Shown here one piece after another: positions 54,559 to 63,024 of a stretch of 64,000 nt of DNA. Made by a program: the position numbers and the translations under genes. The stretch comes from an uncultured bacterium. Lineage in GTDB: Bacteria > Patescibacteriota > Saccharimonadia > UBA4664. Numbering within the stretch: position 1 is the first letter of the stretch; each line of letters begins with the position of its first letter. Location of the stretch: assembly GCA_963740635.1 (NCBI GenBank), contig CAVUEQ010000001.1, positions 593,026 through 657,025 of the forward strand, given 5' to 3'. The notes under the pieces were generated by a model. The model saw only the letters and a list, made by a program, of their open reading frames with translations. It ran no database searches and was not told the origin of the DNA.

Positions 54559-55453
54559 GGGCTACCTCCGCGCCATCGGTGTCTACTTCTAGAGTTTCGT
54601 ACGTGCCGCTAACCCCTTCTTGCTTGGCGGCCTGCTTCATTGCTTCGCCAATCTGCTGAAATTTCTTGTCGGCCAAAGCAATAATCGCCGAGCCGCCGCC
54701 GGATAGAGCTGCCCCCAAAGCGCCGGCGTCGTTGGCTGCCCTGATTAGTTTTGGCATGGCCGGAAAGATTTTTGTTCTGGTAGGCTGATGAATTCTGTCT
54801 TCCATGGCAACGCGCAGCAGGTCATATCTTTTGGCTTGGAGCGCAGCCAAAAAGAGCCCTACCCGGCTCGTATTAAAAATAACGTCAGCCTTTGAATAGT
54901 GTGTTGGCATTAATTTTCTACCTGTAATTGTGTCCATTTTGAGATCGGGAAGAAAATATACGGCTTTAATATCGGATGGAAAAGGCAGTTTTACCGGGAC
55001 AGGCTTTGACCCGCTAAGGGCATAAACTATGAGACCGCCGAATAGCGCCGGAGCGACATTGTCTGAGTTATTGCCTCGTTCAAGTTCGATGGCAAAAGGT
55101 AGTAATTCTTCTTTGGAAAACTGATTGTCCAAGAAGGCGTTGGCGGCCACCAGCCCGCCAACCACCGCGGTCGCACTGCTGCCCATGCCTCTGGAGTGCA
55201 ATATCCGCAAGTTCATACTGATTCGAACCGTTGGTACAGGTTTCCCAAGCTTATTAAACATGTACTCAAATGACTGATAGAAAAGGTTATCCTTGGTCGT
55301 AGGAATGCCTTCATAAGTCTTATTCAGGGCAATTTCAAATTTTTCTGCCTCCTCGACCTCAAACTCATTGTAAATACTCACCGCCAGGCCGAAAACATCG
55401 AACCCCGGCCCCAGATTCGCTGACGTACCAGGTACAGAAACTCGCAGCTTCAT
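54551..55453 (-). CDS. thrB: Homoserine kinase
   Basis: 300 aa. TSANLGPGFD and GMGSSATAVV (GHMP kinase motifs). Confidence 0.9.
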   Translation of the reverse strand: MKLRVSVPGTSANLGPGFDVFGLAVSIYNEFEVEEAEKFEIALNKTYEGIPTTKDNLFYQSFEYMFNKLGKPVPTVRISMNLRILHSRGMGSSATAVVGGLVAANAFLDNQFSKEELLPFAIELERGNNSDNVAPALFGGLIVYALSGSKPVPVKLPFPSDIKAVYFLPDLKMDTITGRKLMPTHYSKADVIFNTSRVGLFLAALQAKRYDLLRVAMEDRIHQPTRTKIFPAMPKLIRAANDAGALGAALSGGGSAIIALADKKFQQIGEAMKQAAKQEGVSGTYETLEVDTDGAEVARG

Positions 55454-55454
55454 G

Positions 55455-56459
55455 CTAGCGTACCTTCGCTGCAGTGAGGATGTCGGCGAACACGCCGGCG
55501 GCAGTCACGGGCAGGCCGGCGCCCGGGCCTTTGATGATAAGTGGGTTGTCGTGGTAACGCTTAGTCTGAATAACGACGATGTTGTCCGGCCCTGAGAGCG
55601 CGCCGATATCGGATGGGGCCGGCACTTGCTCGAGGCCAACTTTGCAGGTTTCGGGTGTAACGGTGGCCACATAGCGCAGTACTTTGCCCTGCGCCTTGGC
55701 TTTGGCGGCACGGGCGGCGTAGTCAGCGTCGAGGCGGCCGAGGTTGGCCATGAATTCATCGCGGCTGAGGCCGGCCATATCGGCAGGGAACAAGCCTTCG
55801 AGCTTCACGTCGGCCACTTCTAACTTGCGGCCGATCAAACGCGCGAGGATGACGGCTTTGCGGGCGACGTCGGCGCCGGACAGGTCGTCGCGCGGGTCGG
55901 GCTCGGTGAACCCCTGGGCTTTGGCATCGGCCAGGGCCTGTGAGAAAGCGGCGCCGGACTCGAGCTGCGAAAACAGGTAGCCGAGCGTGCCGCTGAAGCA
56001 GCCCTGGATCTGCTCGACCTCGTCGCCGGTGGCCAGCAGGGCCTGGAGCGTGTTAATGACCGGCAGGCCGGCGCCCACGGTAGTCTCAAAGTACACCCGG
56101 CCCGACTTCACCAACTCGTCCCAGTCGGCTTGAGGGCCGGCCAGCGGTTTCTTGTTGGACATGGCCACGGTGGCACCGCGCTCGATGGCCCGGCGCAGCA
56201 GCGGCAAGGTGCCGGCCGAGGCGGTGGTGTCGATGAGCGTAAACGGCAGCGAGATTTGCTCAAGGGCCTGCGCCGCAATGGCGGTGCCGGCCGCAAAATC
56301 GGCGATTTCGGACTCCGTCAGGCCGGCCGCGTTAAACCGCCCGCCGTCGAGACAAAAGAGGCCGCAGTAGATGAGATTGTGCGGGCGAGCCTGGATTTGC
56401 CGCACCAGTTCCTGGCCGACGTTGCCGGCGCCGAGATGGAGCAGGTAGTGTTTGTTCAT
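55455..56459 (-). CDS. hom: Homoserine dehydrogenase (no ACT domain)
   Basis: 334 aa. LGAGNVGQ and the catalytic-domain pattern GCFSGTLGYLF. Confidence 0.9.
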   Translation of the reverse strand: MNKHYLLHLGAGNVGQELVRQIQARPHNLIYCGLFCLDGGRFNAAGLTESEIADFAAGTAIAAQALEQISLPFTLIDTTASAGTLPLLRRAIERGATVAMSNKKPLAGPQADWDELVKSGRVYFETTVGAGLPVINTLQALLATGDEVEQIQGCFSGTLGYLFSQLESGAAFSQALADAKAQGFTEPDPRDDLSGADVARKAVILARLIGRKLEVADVKLEGLFPADMAGLSRDEFMANLGRLDADYAARAAKAKAQGKVLRYVATVTPETCKVGLEQVPAPSDIGALSGPDNIVVIQTKRYHDNPLIIKGPGAGLPVTAAGVFADILTAAKVR

Positions 56460-56461
56460 AA

Positions 56462-57868
56462 TTATTCCGCTTTCGTTAAATGAAACATGTCGTGCAGGCC
56501 CTGGACCGCGCGGTGAACGTCGTCTCCGCCGATCATGAAACTGATGTTGCGCTCGGACGAGCCCTGGGCGATGGCGTAAACGTTGACGTTGGCTTGGCCC
56601 ATGGCGGTGAAAATGCGGCCGCTGACGCCGGGATGGCCCTTCATCCCCTCCCCCACCACCGCCACGATGGCCAGGTCTTTTTCGAGCTTCACCATCTCGA
56701 TGTATTTGGCCTGGAGCTCGGAGGCGAATTCGGCTTTGAGCAGCGACACAGTGGCCGGGCCGTCGGCCGACTTTACCGCCAGCGAAATATTATATTCGGA
56801 TGAGGCCTGCGAGATGAACAGCACGTTGATGTTGCGGGCGGCGATGGCGCTGAACACCTTGGCCGCCATGCCCGGGACGCCGATCATGCCGCGGCCCTGT
56901 ACGGTCACGAGAGCGAGGTGTTTCATGGTAGTGATGGCCTTCTCGGGGTGCTGGTTGGCGTCGGCGGCGTCTGAGATGCGGGTGCCTTCGCCGTCGGGGT
57001 TGAAGGTATTTTTGATGACGATGGGGATGTTTTTGATGGAGGCCGGCACCATCGTGAGCGGGTGCAGCACCTTGGCGCCAAAGTACGACAGCTCGGCGGC
57101 TTCGCTATAACTCAGCGCCGGGATGGTGTGAGCCGCGGGCACAATGCGGGGGTCGGCGGTCATGACGCCGTCGACGTCGGTCCAGATCCAGACCTCTTCG
57201 GCGCCGAGGCAATAGCCGAGGATGGTGGCCGAATAATCCGACCCGCCGCGGCCGAGCGTGGTGACGATGCCGGCGGTGCTGGCGCCGATGAAGCCGGTGA
57301 CTACCGGTACGCTGCCGGCGGCCAGCAATTTGCGCAGGCGCGGGCCGGCTGTGGCGGTGGATTCGTCGAGCAGAGGGCGCGAGTCGGTGTAATTGTTGGT
57401 GGTGACGATGAGGTGCGTGGCCTCCACCGGCTCGGCGGCTTGGCCGCGCTGGGCGATGGCCGCCGCCAGCAGCTCAATGCTCAGCCGCTCGCCAAATGAC
57501 AATATTAGGTCGGAGGCCCGTGGGGTGAGCTCGGCGAGGGCATAGACGCTGTGCAAGATTTCCTCGAGCAAGGCAAGCTTGCCGGCAATGCGGTCGCCCA
57601 ATTTAGACTTGGCGGCCGGCTCGAGCCCCAGGCCTCGTGCCGCGTCTGCATGCACATCGTGCAGCTTGGCGATGTGCTCGCCCAGCCGCGCGCGCTCTTT
57701 GCCGGCGGCGGCGTTCGCGGCTTCCACCAGCAGGTCGGTGACACCGCTCATGGCCGAGGTTACCACCACGACTTCGCGCCGGACGGCCTCGCGCGCCACT
57801 ATTTCGGCCACGCCGCGAATACGCTCAGCCCCGCCGACTGACGTCCCCCCGAATTTCATCACAACCAT
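56462..57868 (-). CDS. lysC: Aspartate kinase with tandem ACT domains
   Basis: 468 aa. MVVMKFGGTSVG and TLGRGGSDYSA. Confidence 0.95.
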   Translation of the reverse strand: MVVMKFGGTSVGGAERIRGVAEIVAREAVRREVVVVTSAMSGVTDLLVEAANAAAGKERARLGEHIAKLHDVHADAARGLGLEPAAKSKLGDRIAGKLALLEEILHSVYALAELTPRASDLILSFGERLSIELLAAAIAQRGQAAEPVEATHLIVTTNNYTDSRPLLDESTATAGPRLRKLLAAGSVPVVTGFIGASTAGIVTTLGRGGSDYSATILGYCLGAEEVWIWTDVDGVMTADPRIVPAAHTIPALSYSEAAELSYFGAKVLHPLTMVPASIKNIPIVIKNTFNPDGEGTRISDAADANQHPEKAITTMKHLALVTVQGRGMIGVPGMAAKVFSAIAARNINVLFISQASSEYNISLAVKSADGPATVSLLKAEFASELQAKYIEMVKLEKDLAIVAVVGEGMKGHPGVSGRIFTAMGQANVNVYAIAQGSSERNISFMIGGDDVHRAVQGLHDMFHLTKAE

Positions 57869-57960
57869 GCGCGAGCTCCGCCTTAAATCTACGTATTTAT
57901 ATCATAAAAGTTGGCATTAATGAAGTAGTTGCCGGCTTCCACGACGATCTTACGCAGACC

Positions 57961-57985
57961 GTAAATGTCGAAAATCGACATTTAC
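57961..57985. promoter_or_regulatory. 25-bp perfect palindrome upstream of the lysC operon
   Basis: GTAAATGTCGA-AAA-TCGACATTTAC, 93-117 nt upstream of lysC ATG 57868. Confidence 0.45.
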
Positions 57986-58040
57986 CGAATTACCGCACAG
58001 CTAAGTTAGGCCGGCAAACCCCGCCGATGGGTCTGCCCTA

Positions 58041-59707
58041 TTAGAAGTGGTCGCGGATGTGGGACATGTTGAACTCCCAGTCGGCGTCGGCTTTTTTGTG
58101 CGGGTTAAAGATGTTATGCGGGTCGAAAATATGTCTTGGTTTCTTCGAACAGTAGCCGAAGATTTCCTGGCCGTACATCTCTTCCAGCCACGGCCCGCGG
58201 ATCATGCCGTCGTTGTGCTCGCCGGAAAGTACGCCGCCGTATTTTAGCACCAGTTCATTAACTTCACGCATGGCCGGCGGAGTTTCTGGCGCTCGTGCGG
58301 GTCTTCGATCTTCATAAGCGGAATGACGTGGAAGTTACCGTCGCCCATATGGCCAGCCATGGTGGCGAAGAGTTTGTATTTCTTGATGATCTTGCGCAGT
58401 TTGGGCAGAAATTCCGCAGATGCGCGGCGGCACCACCAAATCATCTATGAACGGCGCCGTGTGCTTATCTTTGACTTTCTGCTCAGCAACTGAAAGCTTT
58501 CGCGGCGCATGATCCAGAACTTGTCGGCTTTGACCTCGGTATCGTCTTCTTCCAAGCCTTCAATTTCGTATAGGCCCGCTTGGTCACAAGTTGCGGTCGC
58601 ATAGCGTGGACCTTTTCCCGAACCTCTTCCGCGGTATCAGCCGTGAATTCCACCAGCAGTACCATTTTGGGGATGCCCCTGAGCAGCAGCAGGCCGTCGG
58701 GATGAAGCTGATCAAGCTAATTTAAAAAGCCGCCCCGGCCAAGCATTTACGGAAAATAGGGCAAGAATTTGATGGCCAGCATCAGCGTGACGTCGTCAAA
58801 AGATTCGAAAGTGGCCGGTTGTGCTTGCATTACGTCTTTGATGAGCTCGCCCAGGTGTTCAATGTCCCTCAGGAAAACCACCAGCACGCCGGAATGCGGG
58901 CGGTGCGGGACGAGCTTGAAGTGTGATGTCGGTGGTGAGGCCGAGCGTGCCTTGGGCGCCGACGATGAGCTTGGTCAGGTCGAAAATGCCGGTCTCGCGG
59001 TCCCAGACGTCCCACAGGTTGTAGCCGGTGGAGTTTTTGGTGACGTGGGGCTTGGCGGCTTTTTGATGGCGTCGTAATGCTGGTCGACGAGCTCGAAGGT
59101 CTGGCGGTAGACCTCGCCCTCGAAGGTGGATAGCTGCATTTTGTTGTCGAGCTCGGCCTTGGTGAGCGGGGCAAAAGTCGTACTCATTGCCGTCGGCCAG
59201 CACGACTTTGAGCTCGGTCACAAAGTTTTCGGTTTTGCCGAATTCGAGCGACTTCTCGCCGCCGGAGTTGTTGTTGACCATGCCGCCGATGGTACAGAGG
59301 TCGCGGCTGGCGGGGTAGCTGGGCATGAGAGCTTGGTGCTCGAAGGTGGCCTTTTCGAAGTCGCGGTAGTACACGCCGGGCTGGGCGTGGCCGCTCTCGG
59401 AGGTGACCTCGAAGATCTGGTTAAAGTGCTTAGTGAAGTCGGCCACTATGGAGTCGCCGACGGCCCCGCCCGACATGTTGGTGCCGGCGCTGCGGGCGGT
59501 GATGGAGAGGTTGGAGTTGGCACTCTTGGTTTTGTGCTCCTTGGCGTACTTGACTAGCGCTTGCACGTCCTGCGAGTCCTTGGGATACACCACGACCTGC
59601 GGCTTCACCTCGAACAGGCTGGCGTCGTGGGAGTAGGATTCGAGGGTGGCGGGAGCGGTGTCGATTTCGCCGGACAGAATGCGGGAAAGATCTTCTTTGA
59701 GGCTCAT
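58041..59707 (-). pseudogene. FAD-linked oxidase (GlcD / D-lactate dehydrogenase family), disrupted by multiple frameshifts
   Basis: Family-typical peptide segments are spread over five ORF-track fragments in different frames (58859..59797, 58975..59187, 58483..58665, 58244..58444, 58041..58271). Examples: GTNMSGGAVG; TGYNLWDVWDRETGIFDLTKLIVGAQGTLG; MAGHMGDGNFHVIPLM; SGEHNDGMIRGPW...FDPHNIFNPHKK. My manual reading needs about 9 frame changes, several at A/T homopolymers. Confidence 0.8.
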
Positions 59708-59768
59708 ACCATAAGCATAATGCTTATCTGGTACCTCGTGCAAATTTCCTGGGCCGCCCGAGCGTGAG

Positions 59769-60128
59769 CTACTCCGTTTTAAACCCGCCGAGACCAACCG
59801 GCTCGAGGTAATGGTGCTCCACCGCCTCCACCCGGGCCTCGGACGGCCCGCGATGGCACCAGGCCAGGAACTGCGTGAGCGCGGGCTCGGGCCCCTCGGC
59901 CTCTAGATACACCGAGCCACCGGGCTCGTTGCGGGCCAGGCCGGCCAGGTGCAGATCGGCCGCACAGCGGCGGGCGCTGTCGCGAAACCACACGCCCTGC
60001 ACCTTGCCGGTCACGCGCACGGCCAGCCGCCGGACCTCGCCGTCCGCCCGCAATGGTCCGGCCGTTTGAGAACCGATTGCGCGAATGGTCGGCACCCCTT
60101 CGTCATCCAGGAAAACTTTATTAACCAC
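59769..60128 (-). CDS. acyP: Acylphosphatase (with an uncertain N-terminal extension)
   Basis: 119 aa from a GTG start. The core RLAVRVTGKVQGVWFRDSARR...G.ARNEPGGSV.LEAEG matches the acylphosphatase signature. Confidence 0.78.
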   Translation of the reverse strand: MVNKVFLDDEGVPTIRAIGSQTAGPLRADGEVRRLAVRVTGKVQGVWFRDSARRCAADLHLAGLARNEPGGSVYLEAEGPEPALTQFLAWCHRGPSEARVEAVEHHYLEPVGLGGFKTE

Positions 60129-60249
60129 GATATATTAATAGCATATTGTGGGGCCGTGATCATGGTGAGGAAGGCCGAAATCAGTGAGCTCGACCGGCTT
60201 TTCGAGCGGGGATAATTGCACTCGAATTTTCAACTTACCCACTCCATGG

Positions 60250-60351
60250 GGGTGTTCCAGTATATGGAATTTCTCCGGTTTGGTGAGGGGAAAGTATTCC
60301 AAAAATTCCATATACTGGAACACCTACTTGATGCGCGTATTCAAAAAATAG
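60250..60351. repeat. AT-rich hairpin element, copy B
   Basis: GGTGTTCCAGTATATGGAATT (60251..60271) pairs with AATTCCATATACTGGAACACC (60304..60324). The tail is CTTGATGCGCGT..AAAAAATAG. Same orientation as copy A. Confidence 0.85.
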
Positions 60352-60386
60352 CATAGTGGATGAACTTAGCCGCTGTATTTTAGCGC

Positions 60387-61691
60387 CTACAGGCGAATAA
60401 GTTGCTCGCGGGAGCGGCCGACTCCCACGAAACTCAGCTTGGCGCCGGGCATGTTGGAGGTGAGGGCGGCGGTGTAAGCTTGGAGGCTTGGGGGAAGCGC
60501 ATCGAAGGCAGTGACGCCCTCCAGCTCGGCAGTGGTCCAGCCATCGAACACTTTGTACTCCGCCCGGCAGCTTTCGAGGAGGCTGTTTTCGGTCTGGAAT
60601 TCGCAGGGCTGGCCATCGGCGCCGGTGTAGCCGGTGGCGATTTTGAGCTGGCCGAGGCCGGCCAGGGTGTCGACCTTGGTGACGGCGATGTTGGTGAAAC
60701 CATTGAGGCGGTGGGCGTAGCGGGCGGCCACGCCGTCGAAGAACCCGATGCGGCGCGGGCGGCCGGTGGTGGTGCCAAACTCCTGGCCGGCATCGCGGAT
60801 GGTATCGGCTAAACGGCCATGCAGCTCGGTGGGCATGCCGCCGGCGCCCACGCGCGTCTGGTAGGCCTTGAAGATGCCGACCACTTTAGTGAGCGCGAGC
60901 GGCGGCATGCCGGCGCCCACGAGCAGGCCGCCGGCGGTGGAATTGGAGGCGGTCACCATGGGGTAGGTGCCGTGGTCGAGGTCGAGCAGGGTGCCGTGGG
61001 CGCCTTCGAGCACAAAGCGGCTGCCGCGTGCCAGGTGCTGTTCCACCAGCGGTTCGGTGTCCCGGATAAACGGCCGCAGCACCGCCGCTGCCTCGCGGAT
61101 AAAGTCTTCGTAGTAGCCGGGGTGGAGCACCGGGTCGTCCACGCCCAACGCGCGGCGCTTGCCCTCCAGCACGGCGGCAAGCTCCTTGAGCAGGCGGTCG
61201 GGAGTGAGCAGCAGGCGGGTGTGGAGGCCGATGCGCTCGGCCTTGTCCATGTAGGTGGGGCCGATGCCGCGCTTGGTGGTGTCGATGCGGTTTTTGCCCC
61301 GCAGCTGCTCCTGATGGCGGTCGATGAACAGGTGGTAGTCGAACGCCAGGTGCGATTTGGGGCTGATCACGAGATTGTCAAACGACACGTGTTGCGCTTG
61401 CAGCTCCCCGATTTCTTTCATGAGTGTCTTGGGGTTGAGGGCGACGCCCGTGCCAATGATGTTGAGCGTGTGCGGGTTGAAAATGCCGGCCGGCACCAGG
61501 TGCAGGCCGAATTTACCGTGCTCATTAATGACGGTGTGGCCGGCGTTGTCGCCGCCCTGCGACCGAATTACAACCTGCGCCTGAGTTGCCAGATAGTCGA
61601 CGATCTTGCCTTTGCCTTCGTCGCCCCACTGCCCGCCGATCACTGCAATAACTTCAGATTGCTTCACGAAAGTTATTGTACAGGGGAACAC
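60387..61691 (-). CDS. purA: Adenylosuccinate synthetase
   Basis: 434 aa (start uncertain: GTG 61691 or GTG 61667). GGQWGDEGKGK and GTTTGRPRR. Confidence 0.95.
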   Translation of the reverse strand: MFPCTITFVKQSEVIAVIGGQWGDEGKGKIVDYLATQAQVVIRSQGGDNAGHTVINEHGKFGLHLVPAGIFNPHTLNIIGTGVALNPKTLMKEIGELQAQHVSFDNLVISPKSHLAFDYHLFIDRHQEQLRGKNRIDTTKRGIGPTYMDKAERIGLHTRLLLTPDRLLKELAAVLEGKRRALGVDDPVLHPGYYEDFIREAAAVLRPFIRDTEPLVEQHLARGSRFVLEGAHGTLLDLDHGTYPMVTASNSTAGGLLVGAGMPPLALTKVVGIFKAYQTRVGAGGMPTELHGRLADTIRDAGQEFGTTTGRPRRIGFFDGVAARYAHRLNGFTNIAVTKVDTLAGLGQLKIATGYTGADGQPCEFQTENSLLESCRAEYKVFDGWTTAELEGVTAFDALPPSLQAYTAALTSNMPGAKLSFVGVGRSREQLIRL

Positions 61692-61762
61692 CAGTTATGG
61701 CGATCATGACAGTGGTATTGGGCTTGCCGGAGGACTATTATTGACGGCAGTGCGAATAATTA

Positions 61763-62170
61763 ATGAGGATTATTGAGATGAAATTAAGTGACGCACATGT
61801 TATACCGACGATTGCGGTTAAGGATCTCCAGCCGGCGCGGGAATTTTACGAGGGCAAGCTGGGCCTGAAACCCGACCAGGACCTAGGCGAAGGCGGCGTG
61901 ATTTACAAGGCCGGCAAGGGCACAACGTTGTTGGTGTACCCGTCGGCTATGAGTTCCGGCACCAACAAGGCCACCTACGCCGGGTTCCGGGTGGACGACA
62001 TCGAAGAGACGATAAAAGACCTGCGCGAGGCGGGCGTGGAATTTGAGGAGTATGACTTCCCGGGACTGAAGACCGAGAACGGCGTGGCAACTTACCAGGG
62101 GGGCGGCGGCAAGGCGGCCTGGTTTAAGGACCCCGACGGGAACATTTTGGCGCTGGACCAGAGCGAGTAG
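61763..62170 (+). CDS. VOC/glyoxalase-family protein
   Basis: 135 aa. FYEGKLGL...AWFKDPDGNILAL. Confidence 0.85.
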   Translation: MRIIEMKLSDAHVIPTIAVKDLQPAREFYEGKLGLKPDQDLGEGGVIYKAGKGTTLLVYPSAMSSGTNKATYAGFRVDDIEETIKDLREAGVEFEEYDFPGLKTENGVATYQGGGGKAAWFKDPDGNILALDQSE

Positions 62171-62237
62171 ATCGCCGCGGGTCCGGGTCTGGGGATATTG
62201 CCAAAGCCAAGCGGGCGCTTGGCGAGGGGATGTCGAG

Positions 62238-62729
62238 CTAGATTCTAGGGCCCATGTGGCCCGGGCCCATGTGGCCGCGGCCGAATCCGCCGGGGACCAG
62301 CAGCCATTTGGCGTCAATGTTGTTCTGAGTTGCCCAATCCTGAGCCTCGGTGCGGATCTTCTGCATTGAGGTCCGGCGCTCGGCCGGGGTGACTGAGGTG
62401 TTGCTCATAGCTGACTTTAGCTCGCCGGCGAGTTTGTTGTGCTCGGCGAGAATTAGATCCTTCTGGGCCGGGGTGATTTTGCCGTCGGTGACTGCCTGCG
62501 ACAGGCGCTGCTCGTAATTCTGCTCACGCACGGCCTGGTTGGCGGTGTGGTTTTGATCGATGACGCTCTGGACTTTGGACTGGTCGAGGTGGAAAGCATT
62601 GGCAATGGCTTGGGCCAGAGGAGTGCGCGTGCCGGTGCTCGTGGCGGCGGTGACGCTAGCCACTCCATACACGCCCGCGCCCAGCACGACCGCAGCTGCG
62701 GCTGGAATTAGATACTTCTTAGAAATCAT
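62238..62729 (-). CDS. Secreted helical protein, unknown function
   Basis: 163 aa. Signal peptide MISKKYLIPAAAAVVLGAGVYGVASVTA. C-terminal repeat GHMGPGHMGP. Confidence 0.7.
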   Translation of the reverse strand: MISKKYLIPAAAAVVLGAGVYGVASVTAATSTGTRTPLAQAIANAFHLDQSKVQSVIDQNHTANQAVREQNYEQRLSQAVTDGKITPAQKDLILAEHNKLAGELKSAMSNTSVTPAERRTSMQKIRTEAQDWATQNNIDAKWLLVPGGFGRGHMGPGHMGPRI

Positions 62730-63024
62730 AATCAGTTAATCTCCCCTTAATGGAATGCTCGAACATGCTCCGAGCACCCGCATTATGCCAGTACAAACTG
62801 ATAGGAAGCTTATAAAGCGAGTGTTGTTGTGATGCGTTAGTTGTTTTCGGGAGTTTACGCGTGTGCCGGAGGTATACCGAAATCCGGACTCCTCCAAAAA
62901 CCATCTCGAATAATGCCTTTGCCAAGCCTCGAATTGTAAGGAGAATTGAAGCTGTCCGGAATCCGGTATACCACTGACCTATGCAGCGTTCCCTAAATAA
63001 CGAGAGATCGCTATTAGGTTGTAA

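Noticed and set aside
57869-58040. Possible lysine riboswitch (L-box) in the lysC leader.
   Set aside because: I could not find the conserved L-box helices or core motifs by eye, and the region is short and AT-rich. A cmscan is still suggested in the findings.
62871-62888. Bacillus-type PurBox (AWWWCCGAACWWT) near purH.
   Set aside because: The match is only partial (CCGAAA / CCGGA). The site is downstream of purH and the pair spacing is wrong.
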